Shown piece after piece: positions 11,605 to 24,580 of a DNA stretch of 64,000 bases (its first letter is position 1; each line of letters starts with the position of its first letter). Origin of the DNA: Balanoglossus misakiensis (Eukaryota > Animalia > Hemichordata); contig CM082588.2 of the NCBI GenBank assembly GCA_040954595.2, forward strand, positions 980,613 through 1,044,612. Direction: 5' to 3'. A program made the translations under genes and the position numbers. The notes under the pieces are model-generated. The model was not told the DNA's origin. It saw only the letters and a list, made by a program, of their open reading frames with translations, and did not search any database.

Positions 11605-14600
11605 GTTTGCAATGGGAGATTGTCGTCGGCCTCTGATTGAATCAGCTCTTCTGATTGAAGACATCACACATCAACAGATGACATCACTGGTAAGTAACAG
11701 CGTTTCTGCCAAATTCTGCTAGAAACAAAATAACATTATTTTCATAAAATACATACTTGTGTCAATTTAATGCTTCTACCGACAGTAAGACAAAGCTGTT
11801 GTATTCCGTATAACCACATTACATAAAAAAATAAAATAAATACATCCAGAAATAATTGGGAAAAACTGTGCAATTAAAGACTGTAAATTGTGCTTTTTAG
11901 TCACTACCACATTTATTTTGCTTTAAAATGTTTAGGGCCAGTTGTTTAAACCTAGGGCAGAATGGGATATTATCGGAATCACGCAATTATTTTTTTCTTG
12001 GCATAATAGTCTTAAATTTGATGTATTGTGGGTAATCCCTGACTAAGAAGGTTCCCATAGAAACAAGCATGAGTCTGGGCTGATCATGGATCAAAGATTA
12101 TCATCATGACTTTATTGCAGTAATGAAAAAAAAAGAATAATGATGTTGCATTCAAAACTGATATGTAATGTAATGTATTTTTATGTAATGGATTTGTCTA
12201 GTTAGAAATGTCAGAATTGTAATTTAGATTACTGGTAACAATCTTAATCTGTTTTGATTGTTGTCATATTGCTTTTTGAAGACCTCTCTTTGATAACAAT
12301 CATATATTCAAGAGACAATATATATGTAGTACAAGAAAACTAAGTATTAGTTATAAATTATACTAGAGACACAAACCCAGGCATGGTAGAGGCCCCCCCC
12401 CCCACAGATACAGTTTTAAAGACATCCATCCATATACAGTTGAGACACCTATCCATGAATGGTTACTTCCTATGCATTATACTGGTAGCATTTAATCTGT
12501 GGTCTGAGCACATTTACTCAAAGCGCATGCATTGTATTACAGCAGTGTGTAAAATTTGTCGATTCTAAGGGGCGAACGTAACAATACACTATGCATATTT
12601 AAAGTGTATTTGTTAAGAAGTTTGAAGACAATGAGAGAATGCCAGCTGAGTCCATGCATGCCTCAGTTCGATTGCTCCCTGGAATATAAAATTCAACATC
12701 AAATGAAACGTCCGAGTACGAACACTCTATGGCTACTTAGCGGAAAATAGGAATATCTGAATAACAAAGCAAATATGCACGTTTCAGGTTTAGAATCTGA
12801 AAATTTAATTGCAAAAATACCAAACAATATAATTAAGAGAAAGGTTGCATAAAAATGGTAAAAATAGGAGTAAAATATTTTGGGGTTAGCCTCATGTTCT
12901 GGCAGGCAATGATGGTGTAATGGAAGACTGGCATGATATACGAGTCCCAAATGAGGACTGTATTCACAGAAAGTACTTGAGATAGCCCTGGCCTATCAAA
13001 TCACTGTCACTCCCTGATACAACATCCAAGATTTTATCCGAGAATTTATGATTCCCCGATGACCCGACTGGGTTATCTGCTGATTATCATTTAAATCTAC
13101 TTTCTGGGAATTCATCACATCTCTAATGTCGGGTGATACAAACGCCATACATCAAAGTGGTATTGTGTGTGCTAATCATACTATTGTGTGCAGATATTCA
13201 GATAAGAATTTGGCTCTGTTCACTGTTCTGTTATTCCATTGTATCTTCGAAATTTTTCTGTTGAATATGATCCAATGTTACACAGGTCTCCTGTAGTGTA
13301 ATTGGGCAGTGATAAAGAAATCTGTGTGTGCCAAATTTAACATTTTGATATTCAATGTGGTATTTTGATCAATCAGTCATACCAAGCATGTAAGGGAAAG
13401 TTGGATATTATGGACTCCTGTGCTATGTGTCCATGCAGGCACGTTTCTGTATTAAATAGTCAAATATTGTGAAATGTGATGAAAAATCCTGTACCTACTG
13501 TCATATGGTATTGATGACATCCTGTATACAGACATGATAAGCATGTACAGGTGATATAAAAATGTTTGTGTATTTTATCACAGTTACTAAAGGCATCCGA
13601 AGTGACAACAATGAGAGGAGCAAGGTTTATCAGTTTGGAAGATTTCTTGTTTCTCATGAGACGAGATCGTGACAAGCTCAAACGGTTATTGAGATTTCTA
13701 AGCATGAAAGATCTCAAAAGTAAATTGAATAAAACTGCGGCTGTGGATGATGAGGATATGTACTCTGAAACAGGTTGGTTTAAAATAGACATATTCTTTG
13801 CTGTTTCAATTCCATAATACATGCTGTGCAAATTGCCACTTCTGTTCAAGCAACTCGTGAAAGTTGACTTTTCTATCTCCCCAGCTGGTGATGTCAAACC
13901 AATAGTTTCCAAGAGACGCAAGATCTCCTTTGAGTTCCTGAATACAATTGACCAAACTGGTGAATTAGTGGCATTGTTTGAAGAGGAGGATCAATTAGAT
14001 GAAATCAAACAAGAGAGGTTGGAACGAGCAGAAAAACAGTCGCGTAATCTCGACACCACAAGTTACCAGGAGTATACAGAATCAAGACAAGTCAATTTCC
14101 GTAAGTTTTCCGCCAAATTTTAATTCTTTCCTGTCAGTTTTATAGGTTCTGCAATACATCGCTCACTGAGCCCTTGTCCATACAGGGCTGTATTTTGTGA
14201 ATTATCTTATGTTTAATATGGTGTACTACTTTGACATACTGAGGCAACACTTAGTGAAGTGCCATTTGTAACAAAGAAGGCACATATTGCATCAGTGGTG
14301 TGCCATATGGTCTTCAAGGTTATGTACTAAATTCAGACTCAGTGCCATTGTGTGTGTCATCTTGAGCACCCTGCTCATACATGTATGTCTGCCTGAACTC
14401 AAGACCAAAAGTTCTCATCTTGTGACAGATGACAAGTATGTGTCTTTTGTTAATTTTATTGTATAGATGTTTTGAAGATCGATGACAGAGGAGTATCCCA
14501 TCTCACGACCTGCCTGCTCTCATCTAATGACCCACCCACTCAGTGAACTAAATTGATTTTATTTCATTTCAGATAAGAAAGCAAGTAAATTTAAAGAATG

Positions 14601-16396
14601 GTTGGACTGTTCTCATTTAGTAGAGACCAAACCAAACCCACTTGCCATGGAAGTTCTCAGTTATTTAGCATATGAAACCGTTGCACAGGTAATCGATTTT
14701 TATACTGCCTTTTGTTTTGCCTATTTCTTGAACCTACATGTACATACATGATGGTGCAATACACAATGAGATGTGATGACAGGCTAAAATCTCTTTTGAA
14801 ATGTAAAAGTGGTGTGAAAATCTGTCAATCAAGTGTGTGGAGTGACTTGGACAAAGCATGATATTTTCCCCATGACAGTCAACAGAGACAGATGACGTCT
14901 TCTGAAGATTATCACCTTGTTAAGAAAGTCAGCCACACGTCATTGGTCATCTGTCAGTGGTTTATATTGTATTAAGCTTTGTGCATGGTTTCTCCAGTGT
15001 GGAGATCAAGTGGCAATGTTATGAAACCTTGTGAGAATTGGGGCAATTTTACACTTCTCAAGGAGTTGGGGGTTGGTGATTTTCCTTTTGTGAGGTGTGA
15101 AGGAGTCAGTGACCACTGTATACGTGTTTTTTTGCCTGACCGTCTGTCACGCCAAGCTGTCATTGAGAGTGTAGTTCATTGGTCGTGCATCTTCTGTGGT
15201 GATTCTGTAAGGCTCATCACACACTTGTTATGGTGATTTCTTAGGCATTGTTAAATTGTTCCTTGGTTTATCTGGTTAACCATTTCCTGTGATCCAGAAA
15301 GTTACCACTTCTGGTTGGTCACACTTTAAGTGACTTTAATTCCAAACGATTCAAACTGACAATTTCAATCTGTTTTCTCTTCAGGTTGTGGATCTATCGT
15401 TACTTGTTCAGAAAGACATGGGAGGACTTGTCAGTGACCCTTTTGTACAGACCATTCCACCAGGCTGTGTCAGTGATGCAAATCTCTACTCGCCCTCCAC
15501 ACAAGGCACTCCAAGAATCAAAGCATCAGCCACAGCAGACTCTCCCAACCACTCACCACCATCAACACCAACGACACCTACAAGCAGTGTTGTCTCTCCA
15601 TTCTTGTCATCCTCTTCCAATCTCACCACCTCCTTCAACAGTAACTCTTCAAACGGATCACTCCAGCAATCAGCCAACAGCCAGTCCAACTTAGCGCAGA
15701 ATCCAGTCACCAAGCCCAAACCAAAGAAACGGAAAAAGGTGGAGTAGCTCTGGCTAGTCTTATCCCTAATACACCACCATGTTCTGGTCCTAATCCATTG
15801 TTTTCTGTGGTAATGTTGGACCTCTATTGTGAGCATATTGCATAGAGAGAGAGGGAAGGAGGGAGAGAGAGAGAGGGAGAGAGAGAGAGATACTGCGGCT
15901 AAAATGTATCAGTCAACTAAAATCACATTTAATTATTTTTTTGAATGACTGACCGTTTTGGTTGTTGTGTTACCAACTGGGTTGATGGAGGCACTAGTAT
16001 ATTGCTCCTGTCGTCTTTGGAAATCACTAAAGACAGTCTCAGAGGGGTCCATGTCATTTTAGAGGGCGCACTAACCAAGATTGGTATGCCTTATGTTTCA
16101 GAGTGGAGCAACATCAGCTCTAGAAGATGGCACAGGTACTGCAAATGGGAATGCTATTCAACCGTTACACATAAGAGAGGCTATGAGAAGATATTACCAA
16201 AATATCGGACCTCTAGCAGCATTCAGTGTATGTATCGATCAGTCTTTGTTTTAGTTTAATTCAAAATACATTTATTCATCCCCAAACTTGTAAAACAAGA
16301 ACACAGAAAATACTAGCTGCCTCAATATAAAATTCCTTTTTTTCTCTGCAGAAACATTCATCAGTTCCATTTATCATGAAGTTTCTTGGTTGCTAA
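11605..16396 (+). CDS. SUPT3H: SAGA subunit Spt3 homolog (5'-partial). Exons 11605-11689, 13584-13773, 13885-14100, 14573-14688, 15385-15738, 16102-16227, 16352-16396
   Basis: Spliced in-frame peptides [84 protein letters not shown] and C-terminal FLGC* match SUPT3H histone folds. Introns are GT-AG with consistent phases. Confidence 0.95.
15844..15890. repeat. Imperfect (GA)n microsatellite in a SUPT3H intron
   Basis: agagagagagggaaggagggagagagag... read directly. Confidence 0.9.
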
Positions 16397-16642
16397 GGAC
16401 AACCTTGCAGTGACCCTCAAGTCACCCTTTCATGGTAAATATGGCTGGTGATGTGGAGACTTGTAACTTGCTGGTGACGTGAAAAATGGATTATAGTAGC
16501 TCTACATCATGAAACACTCACACTGCAAATCAAAATTCCACAAGAAGATAACTGTGAAGATATTGTTATTTATTTTTCCATTATACAAAAAAATTACAAA
16601 AGAAGAAATCTCATGTAGTTGATCGTTCTTCTCTACATTCAA

Positions 16643-19600
16643 CTAAAGCCTCTTGAGAACATTCATCGATGTCTTCTTCAGATAAGTCTTGTTAACATCC
16701 AGGATTCTTGACATGAGGATCACATGACTTGGTGAGAACTGTCAATCAAAAAATGACATCAATCATGTCAATACTACTTTTTAATCATACATGCATAGTT
16801 TCTGTTTTGGTTCAAATTAATATAATCAATGAAAATCCACTTTTGATATGTTAACTTGCTTATGTTTGTTAAACATTGTTGCCTTTGGTCTGCCAATAGA
16901 GTAACGATGATGCATTTATGTAAGACGAAAGTCAAATTTACAACCATCTGTGAATTGGTTTTTGCCTTTGATTTATCAACCAACCATCATATAGACCATG
17001 AGCAAGAAAAATAAACTATAATTCAAACTAAAATGATTCGAACACATCATACCTGTTTGCCGTATTTACTAACAGTTGTGAAAACAACTTTACCAAATTT
17101 CAAACATTTCTGTTGTGATACCCCATGATACTCCAGTATGGTCAGAAATTTTGTCAAAGTGTCGGCGTCCAACTCCAACTGTCAAGAAGAAGATAAGAGT
17201 ATGAACTCTGGTATGTTAAAGGTCAAAAGGCATGGAATAAAAGGGATTCCTGTTGCAATATTTGGTAAAAAAATTCTGAAAAAGGCTAGCAGCTGCCAAC
17301 ATTCCGACTTTATGTCACATGACCTGCTTCAATCTTTTCCCATGATTGGATACACCAAGCGTTCCTTCACTCATTCAAACCTACCTTGGTATCCAGCAGA
17401 GTTTGGGCAACTTGACTGGTCAGTGAATTCCACTCAATATTCGTGTCACACACTTTCCTGAAATTTGTGACCAAAATTCATACAAAAGTAATGCTAACTT
17501 TCAGTCAAATCAAGGACAACTATCAAATTCTTCATATAAGAGGTTTACTAATAACTTTCCAATATTTTTATCACAGGATAAATGTATAGAAAATGGATAT
17601 ATGCAAACAGTTGCAGCCATTAACATTTGATGAAAGTTGTACCGAGATGATGGAACAAAACCTCATTTTTACGAGTTTATGAATATCTCATTTGCAATAT
17701 CTGGACTCTTTCAATATTTGATGAACTGTAACAAGAACACATACATATTTAATATGTGGTTTTGTATTTTGATCAAAAGGTACATTCTTGGTACAGTCGA
17801 CAGAAAAGAAATAATCTCTAGTTGGAGATACACTACCTGAATAAGAATGATCTCATTTCACTAGTAAAGGTTTCCCTAGCAAGACGACAGATAATATCCA
17901 ATTGTGGACTTCCTAAGTTACTGCAGATGGTAGGTACAAGTACGCCCTCAATGATTGGTTTGGAAAAGGTTTGCGTGAACTTCATCAGTGACATCAACAG
18001 TAACCTGGATGTGTTCTGTTGTAAGTGCTGCAACTAAAAAACACAAGACTGTGATTATAAATTGATAGTGCGCCCTTGATACGAGAATACATATCAGAGA
18101 CCTTACAATAAAATAAATTTGTAGGTTTAAATGAAACACTGCCTATGAACCTGAATAGATTTTACTCCGCATGTGTTGATCATTACCTTATGAAGGAAGC
18201 ACTGTTTAGCTATAACACAGCAATTGCTGAAACTAGGTTCTGGTGTGAGATTGCAGATCACATGGCAGAAATTACACAGCAAAGCTTCCGATGAATTTGA
18301 CAGTTCCATGTATGTACAAATACACTCAACCTGTCGAAATAAGAAGCCATTTTTGTAACAAATCATGTGAGTTATACATGGTAAAAACGGTTTTCCCGAA
18401 TAGCTCAATCTTTAACCCAATGCTCATACAAGGTAAAAATCAGCCTTGCTGAACTCGGTCTTTAAAACTCATCATTTCAAAGGGTACATGCATTTAAATT
18501 TTCTATTTTTTTGTCTTGAAAAACCACGGAAAGATCAGGAAGGCTAAAAATAGAACATAAAAACTGGTTCCACTTCCAGCTACCAGGTTTTGCTGACAGC
18601 ATTGAAGTGAACTACACTCCATAAAGTATACAAGATGACAAGATGACAGATACACTCTTTGCTTCCCACAGAAGATTTGAATTATAATTCAGGTGTAGCA
18701 CCCTGTACAAATACAAGCACGTGTAAAATATTATTGTTTCCATATATTTAGATTTGAACAGTTGAAGAAATATAGCGTGCAGGACACTGTAGTCCCTCCC
18801 TAAATGTGATAGTTCTATCTATCAGCACTACCGGTTTGGTTAGATTAAGAAATTGATGAATGCTGTTTTTATCATCCAAAGTATACAGTGTATTTATTCC
18901 ATACATGCAAAATATGCTGAAATATAGATAGTACAAGTATGAAATATTATTCTAATTTGCATAGAATGATGTATAAATGCAATAGAAATCCTGGGGACCA
19001 CGAGTCTACGACAGATCCTCAGTGAAGTCAATTGAAGTGATATTTCTTACAAGTTCCTCGATTGGTAAGTCAGTTTCCTCATCTCTCTTACCAGGTGTTT
19101 GCACGATTTCCCCATCAAACAATCTTCCATGCAATCCTTCTGCAAATACTTGTTTACATTTTACAAGATACCCTTCTTATTCTGACAAATCCTCTCTTTT
19201 TTACATTCAGGTCCCAACCATGAAATTGTTAACTATCCTGCGACAATATTACATTATTGTGACTTTGTATCAACTGTCATCATGTCTGGCTCAACAAGAC
19301 AATGGATACATTCAGGAAGAAACACCAGCAACTGAAGCACCACCATCTTTGTGCCAGGAAAATGAGCATATCCATGGTATGCCTGGAATCCCAGGTAAGA
19401 ATAATCTATCGAGAGTTTAGAAAGGAAGTGAATATCCAGCATTAACTTTCTGTCATTCAATCAATCTTCCCTCCGTCCGTCCACCTATCCATCAAAAAAG
19501 CATGAAGTGTAACATTTGTATCATGATTTTCCATTTGTATTTTTCAGGAATCCCTGGCATTCCTGGACCAGTAGGTCCGCCTGGTTCAAAGGGTGATGAG

Positions 19601-21527
19601 GGTGAGTTGGGACAAGACGGATCACCAGGTGAGAAAGGTCAGAAAGGGGACAAAGGTCAAACTGGAGAAGTACAAGCTTCAAGTAGAGTTGCTTTTTCAG
19701 CTTCAAGATCAACATCACTGGGACCTGTGACAACAGACACTGCAGTCATTTATGAAAAGATTTACTCTAATGTCGGCAATGGTTATAGTTCATCCACTGG
19801 TATATTCAGATGCTCTGTCAGTGGTGTCTATTTCTTCATGTTTTCTGCAATCAGAGATACTGATAATTATTTGCTAATGTGTTTGATGAAAAATACTGAG
19901 CAATTGTCATGTGTGTATGTAAACCATTCTGTTTACAGATACTATGGTTCAGCCTCTAACAGTGTCATCCTAGATTTGCAGGAAGGGGATGAAGTTTGGG
20001 TTAAACTTGTTGATGGACGTGCGTTGTTTAGTAACGATTTTGAGTATGAAACTTTTACGGGGTACCTGTTGTATGACAATTCGTAAGATAATTGTTGTAA
20101 GATTGTCAAAGCTTCAATCATGAGAGTATTCATGCTGAATATGAATTAGTATTAACCTATTCTAATACTAGCAAATGTCAATCTTTAACAGTAATGAGCA
20201 GACAGCACCAAAAAAAAAAACACAAAGCTTTTTACCTGCTGTGATGTGGCTGTGGTAAAGATGTGCAACCCTGCCACTTTCTCTGAGTTGTTTCTGTCAA
20301 AATTAACACTTTCCAATGCTTCAATCAATCTGTCAACACAAACCTACAAAGAATGAAACCGGAATAAAATGTTTCTTCACAGCAACACATATAACAACAT
20401 GAATATTATGAAGCAAGGCTTTAATATGTTATAAACTTTATACTGTAAAGTCAACCTACCTTAATGTTCTCATCAAGTTGTGGTTTGTCTGTTTCCATGG
20501 TAATATCATCCCCAGATATTTCATTCGTCTGTCTCATATCCACTTCCATTTTGATAGGGGTCCCATAATCCATTTCTTCATCAGAGCTTGTATTAATAAC
20601 AATGATGTCATCAGGGGGTCTACTTACAATGTCTTCAGTCACAGGGGATCTACTAACCATACACAATGTGTTATCTTCTATGTTGTCTGTCTTTCCAGAC
20701 TTTGTTACATCTAACATCTTCAAAGCCATCCCAGCATACACTTCATCATCAACAACAATTTCGCTTCCTCTCTTGGTATTTTTTCTGCAACTTTCTGTTT
20801 GTTTACATTGTGCAAGGTATCCAGGCAACCACTCAAATTGTTGTCTTGTGTTTACATTACCATGGTTACTGATGTTGATGTGTTCGCATAAATTGGAAAA
20901 TGTAGATGAAAAACAGTGCGAAGACAGAAAGCTCTCACTGTCAGTAAGACCCACTCTTCTTTTCTGGAGAACTTCTTGTAGTTGCTTGACCAGACAATGT
21001 ACCCATCTATCATCCAGTTTTTGTTGGTGTAGTGCCTTTAAGAAAGTCTCTAAATCTTCTGTTGAAATGTTTTCTTCTTGATGATGAAAGAATGACAGTA
21101 AATTTCTCTGAATATCCACAGGATAAAGAAGAATTTGTGGTTTGCTGTGATGGAAAAATATCAGGTCATAAAAAACATGTAGCAGTCTGTTGCAAGTATC
21201 TTCTTGATGGTATACCGGTAGTATATGTACAAGTATGTAGGTAATGTCAATGATCATATCAATCCTTACTTATTCAAAAGCTGAGTTACCAATCATTAAG
21301 AAAATCACGACCGTCAATACAAACCAAAACACTTACAACAAAAGTTGTTTCTCTGGTCCAAGAACCGGGGATTCCGTTCCAAGGGTCTTCACCAAGTCTG
21401 TCCATGATAAAGTCGACTGTTGCAAAAGCCAGCACTGCGCCGATGATATTGGTTTATCTTGTCTACTCAAAGCCCCAATGATACCCTGCCACGATTTTGG
21501 TAATTTCAAGATCAGATCTTCCATCAT
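16643..21527 (-). CDS. FANCE: Fanconi anemia group E protein. Exons 21527-21337, 21144-20460, 20343-20236, 18330-18187, 18033-17837, 17457-17385, 17178-17053, 16738-16643
   Basis: Eight in-phase GT-AG exons. KPQILLYPVDIQRNLLSF, LTPEPSFSNC, TSRLLL, GSPQLDIIC and NKTYLKKT resemble recalled FANCE segments (KPLLLRLPRICQRNLMSL, LSPDLSLSN, ASRLL, GPAQTELLC, NTTFLRKS). Divergent but collinear. Confidence 0.85.
18972..19064 (+). promoter_or_regulatory. TATA box and probable non-coding first exon of the nested C1q gene
   Basis: TATAAA at 18972-18977, donor GTAAGT at 19065, acceptor ttcag at 19210, and ATG at 19220. Confidence 0.6.
19220..20086 (+). CDS. Secreted collagen + globular C1q domain protein (C1q/CTRP-like), nested antisense in FANCE intron 3. 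Coding exons 19220-19394, 19548-20086
   Basis: Signal-peptide-like N-terminus, one Cys, about 16 Gly-X-Y triplets, then gC1q motifs RVAFSA, NVGNGYSSSTGIFRC, GVYFF, SNSVILDLQEGDEVWV, TFTGYLLY. Confidence 0.93.
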
Positions 21528-21694
21528 GGGAACTGTGACAGGCGAATGTTACGGGGAAAATTTACACTTTGCAGACGAACATCTGCCATGGGGGAATACC
21601 ATTAGCCTCGTTTTCGATCTTTGTAGGGAATCCCCAGTACCCCTTAGCACGAGAAAAAGTTAAAGGCCCCTCTAATTTACTATTATTTCAAGAA

Positions 21695-21702
21695 TGACGT
21701 CA
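21695..21702. promoter_or_regulatory. Palindromic CRE (TGACGTCA) upstream of FANCE
   Basis: Exact CRE about 170 bp 5' of the FANCE ATG. A CCAAT (ATTGG 21758-21762) is nearby. Confidence 0.4.
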
Positions 21703-22726
21703 CTATACTGGGCTTTCGGAAATGTACAAGTTGCTATGTTGTCTTTGATGAGAAATAATTGGCTTTGAAAGTATTTTAGCAGGTCATGTCCGGACGGACA
21801 CTTGTCTTTGGGAATTTATTGCAATGGAAGACTTTTGCGAAATTCTGTAAATGTATATTTCAGTTCTAAATCATAGTGAAAATATACTTCTTAATTCCAA
21901 TGAACATAAAATATTTATCTTAACTGGTAACTATAACTATTGGATCATTTTACATTCATGAAACTTGAGTTTTATTGGTTCTGCGCTGTCTGTAAAAAGA
22001 GTGCAATATAATGACTCTGGAATTTCAACAACAGAGACTTTATTCACAAAGAAAAAATGTCACAAGTTTTATTTACATATAAAGTGGAGAGAGCAAGTGT
22101 TTTAATGAAATGCTATGTACAAAATGGTCATCGACATCTTATTCATAATTGGAACTTGTGACTCAATACTTAACATGGATAGTTGCAATTGAAAGTGAAA
22201 TATATCTCCAAAACCAGACATGCTATGGTCCCAGGATATACCGGTATATCAAAACAAATTTATAGCATTTTGGGGGGCACTGAAAAAGTAAAATCCATGC
22301 AATGTGAGCATTGCTGATATTTTACTCACAATGCTAAGTTGTTGATACAAAAGCTGAAGAGCTCAAAGCAATAAATTAAAGTTTGATTTAAGTGAAATCC
22401 CAATTCTGTAGCAATACAATGGCAATATGCAAGTCTCACAAGTCAAAATATCAGTTGTGTATGTTGAGCAGCAATCAAATTATTACAAAATAATATGAAA
22501 TGATATCTGGTGAGAATCATTGTTTCTGCTGACGTAAAAAAATTCAAATAATATTGTGTACTAGTATGTTTTTCTTACTCAATGTACAATTTTATTTAAT
22601 TTGCACACACAAGAATTTACATACCTAATTTCATAAATACATGTATATACAGAAATTGTATTGGGGATTTTCAATTTTTTTCTTGTAGATAAACTGATGC
22701 TTACAGGTCCATATATAAGTTTAGTT

Positions 22727-24580
22727 TTACAAGAGTGCTTGTTTGATAAGCTGTTTTTTCTCTGGTGTCAATTGTTTTGGAAATTCAATATCAAACTGGA
22801 TGAGGAGATCGCCTCTCTCTTCTGGGTCTTTTGAAATTGGCATTCCTTCAGCTGGTACAACTTTCCTGTATCCTGGCCTGAAATTCATAAAATGAAAACA
22901 ATATTTACTAAGTTGAAATCATCATGCTTCACCTTTTATTACCATAAAATTAATAATAATTTAATTAAGATTATCACAATACTTACATGACAATATCATT
23001 GATGGGAATATTAAGTAATCTTCCGTCCAACGTGGGTATTTCCACACTGCAACCTGTCAGTGCTTTTCCCAGTAAAACTTTGGCTGTAAATACAAGATTA
23101 TTGCCTTCTCTTTTGAATCTGGGATGTGGTTTGTCTCTGACAATAAATACAATGTCTGCAGGGATGTTATTGGGTCCTTGGTCTCCCTCCTCTGGGAATG
23201 TTATCCTCGTGCCTTCCCTCCATCCCTTTTTGACGTGAATTGTTAGGATTTTGTCACGAATACTTGATGTGTGGCCATCTTCATTCATAACCTAGAGGCA
23301 AGTCATACAAAAAAGATGATCATTTCATGTACAACTTTGATACATGTACAACTTTCCAGTTTCTGAAAGTTTTAGTTGCTCATATGTAAATGATCTGTTA
23401 TGCAGCCAGCAATGTTATAGGAGAATGGAATATTCATAGAGTAAAGAACTTACCCTTCTTGAGATTTTCATTTTCTTGATACAACCATGGAATACTTCTT
23501 CAAGTGAGAGCACCAAGTCTCTTTCAATAGGTGGGTCTTTCTTCTTTCTGCCCCGACCTTGGAGTCCGCCAAAGCCCATACTCAGATCACCATCAATACC
23601 ATCAAAAAATTCTGTCATAGAATAACAGCAAGTAGTAGAATTCATAAAGAATATCCAGAAGTAGTCTATAGACTATAGACATCACTTGGAAACTATTTTG
23701 GTTATACTGAAAGGAAGATTGTATATCTTTTCCAAGCAAAATGGTTGTAACTACCTAAAGTGAATGCAACTGAACATACCATTGAATGGGTTGTCTCCAC
23801 CAAAGAAATCACGGAAGACTTTGTTTGAATCTCCATGGAATGTGTAACCTTCTGTCCAGGCACCAGCTTCACCACTTCCTGATGGGACGCCATTTTTCAA
23901 ACCTTCTTCTCCGAACTGATCATACACTGCTCTCTTGCGGGCTGATCACACAATGCAAAAGAAACAGTTTGTATTATGCATTGGAGACTCATACTCATAA
24001 CTGTAGCAAAACGTAGCATCAAGTCCCTTTTCTATTTCAGCGAAGTGTTCAGATCAATGTTGATAATGATACTTACGATCACTGAGAACATCATATGCTT
24101 CTGCTATCTGTCTGAATTTCTCGGGTGCAAATGGTTCTTGATTTTTATCAGGGTGAAACTTCAGTGAAAGCTTTCTATATCTGTAGGGGAATGACAGATA
24201 AAATTGCTGATTGAATAAAGCCTCTTCAACTGTGGAACACAAACACAAACAAAAACATTATGTTGCTTTCATTCAGCTAGAAATTGGGCGAAATGTGATA
24301 CCAGACTATAATATCCCAGTGAAAATGTTAAATTAGTACCAAGAATATCCATTCAACTGTCAGGTACACCGTTGCAAGACCTATCTGGATACATCTGTGA
24401 CTATAACACTGGGAACATACATGTATGTGTGTATCATGTGTATATTGTCATGGTGTTCGTGAAAACATGTCCATTTCAAAAGGGTGTAAACATGATAATT
24501 CCTGGTACTTACGCTTTCTTGACATCAGCATCGCTTGCACTTCTTGTCAGACACAGTATAGCGTAATAATCTTGCCCCAT
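22727..24580 (-). CDS. DNAJB13: DnaJ subfamily B member 13 (radial spoke HSP40). Exons 24580-24513, 24180-24077, 23941-23780, 23611-23454, 23291-22987, 22877-22727
   Basis: MGQDYY start, J-domain [55 protein letters not shown]. Exons are in phase. Confidence 0.95.

Noticed and set aside
19022-19219. N-terminal extension of the C1q protein in ORF 19022-19420
   Set aside because: It spans the UTR intron 19065-19210; the signal-peptide-like start is at 19220.
13460-21663. Longer antisense ORFs (13460-13921, 15486-15836, 20602-21081, 21244-21663)
   Set aside because: They are shadows on the opposite strand of SUPT3H and FANCE exons.
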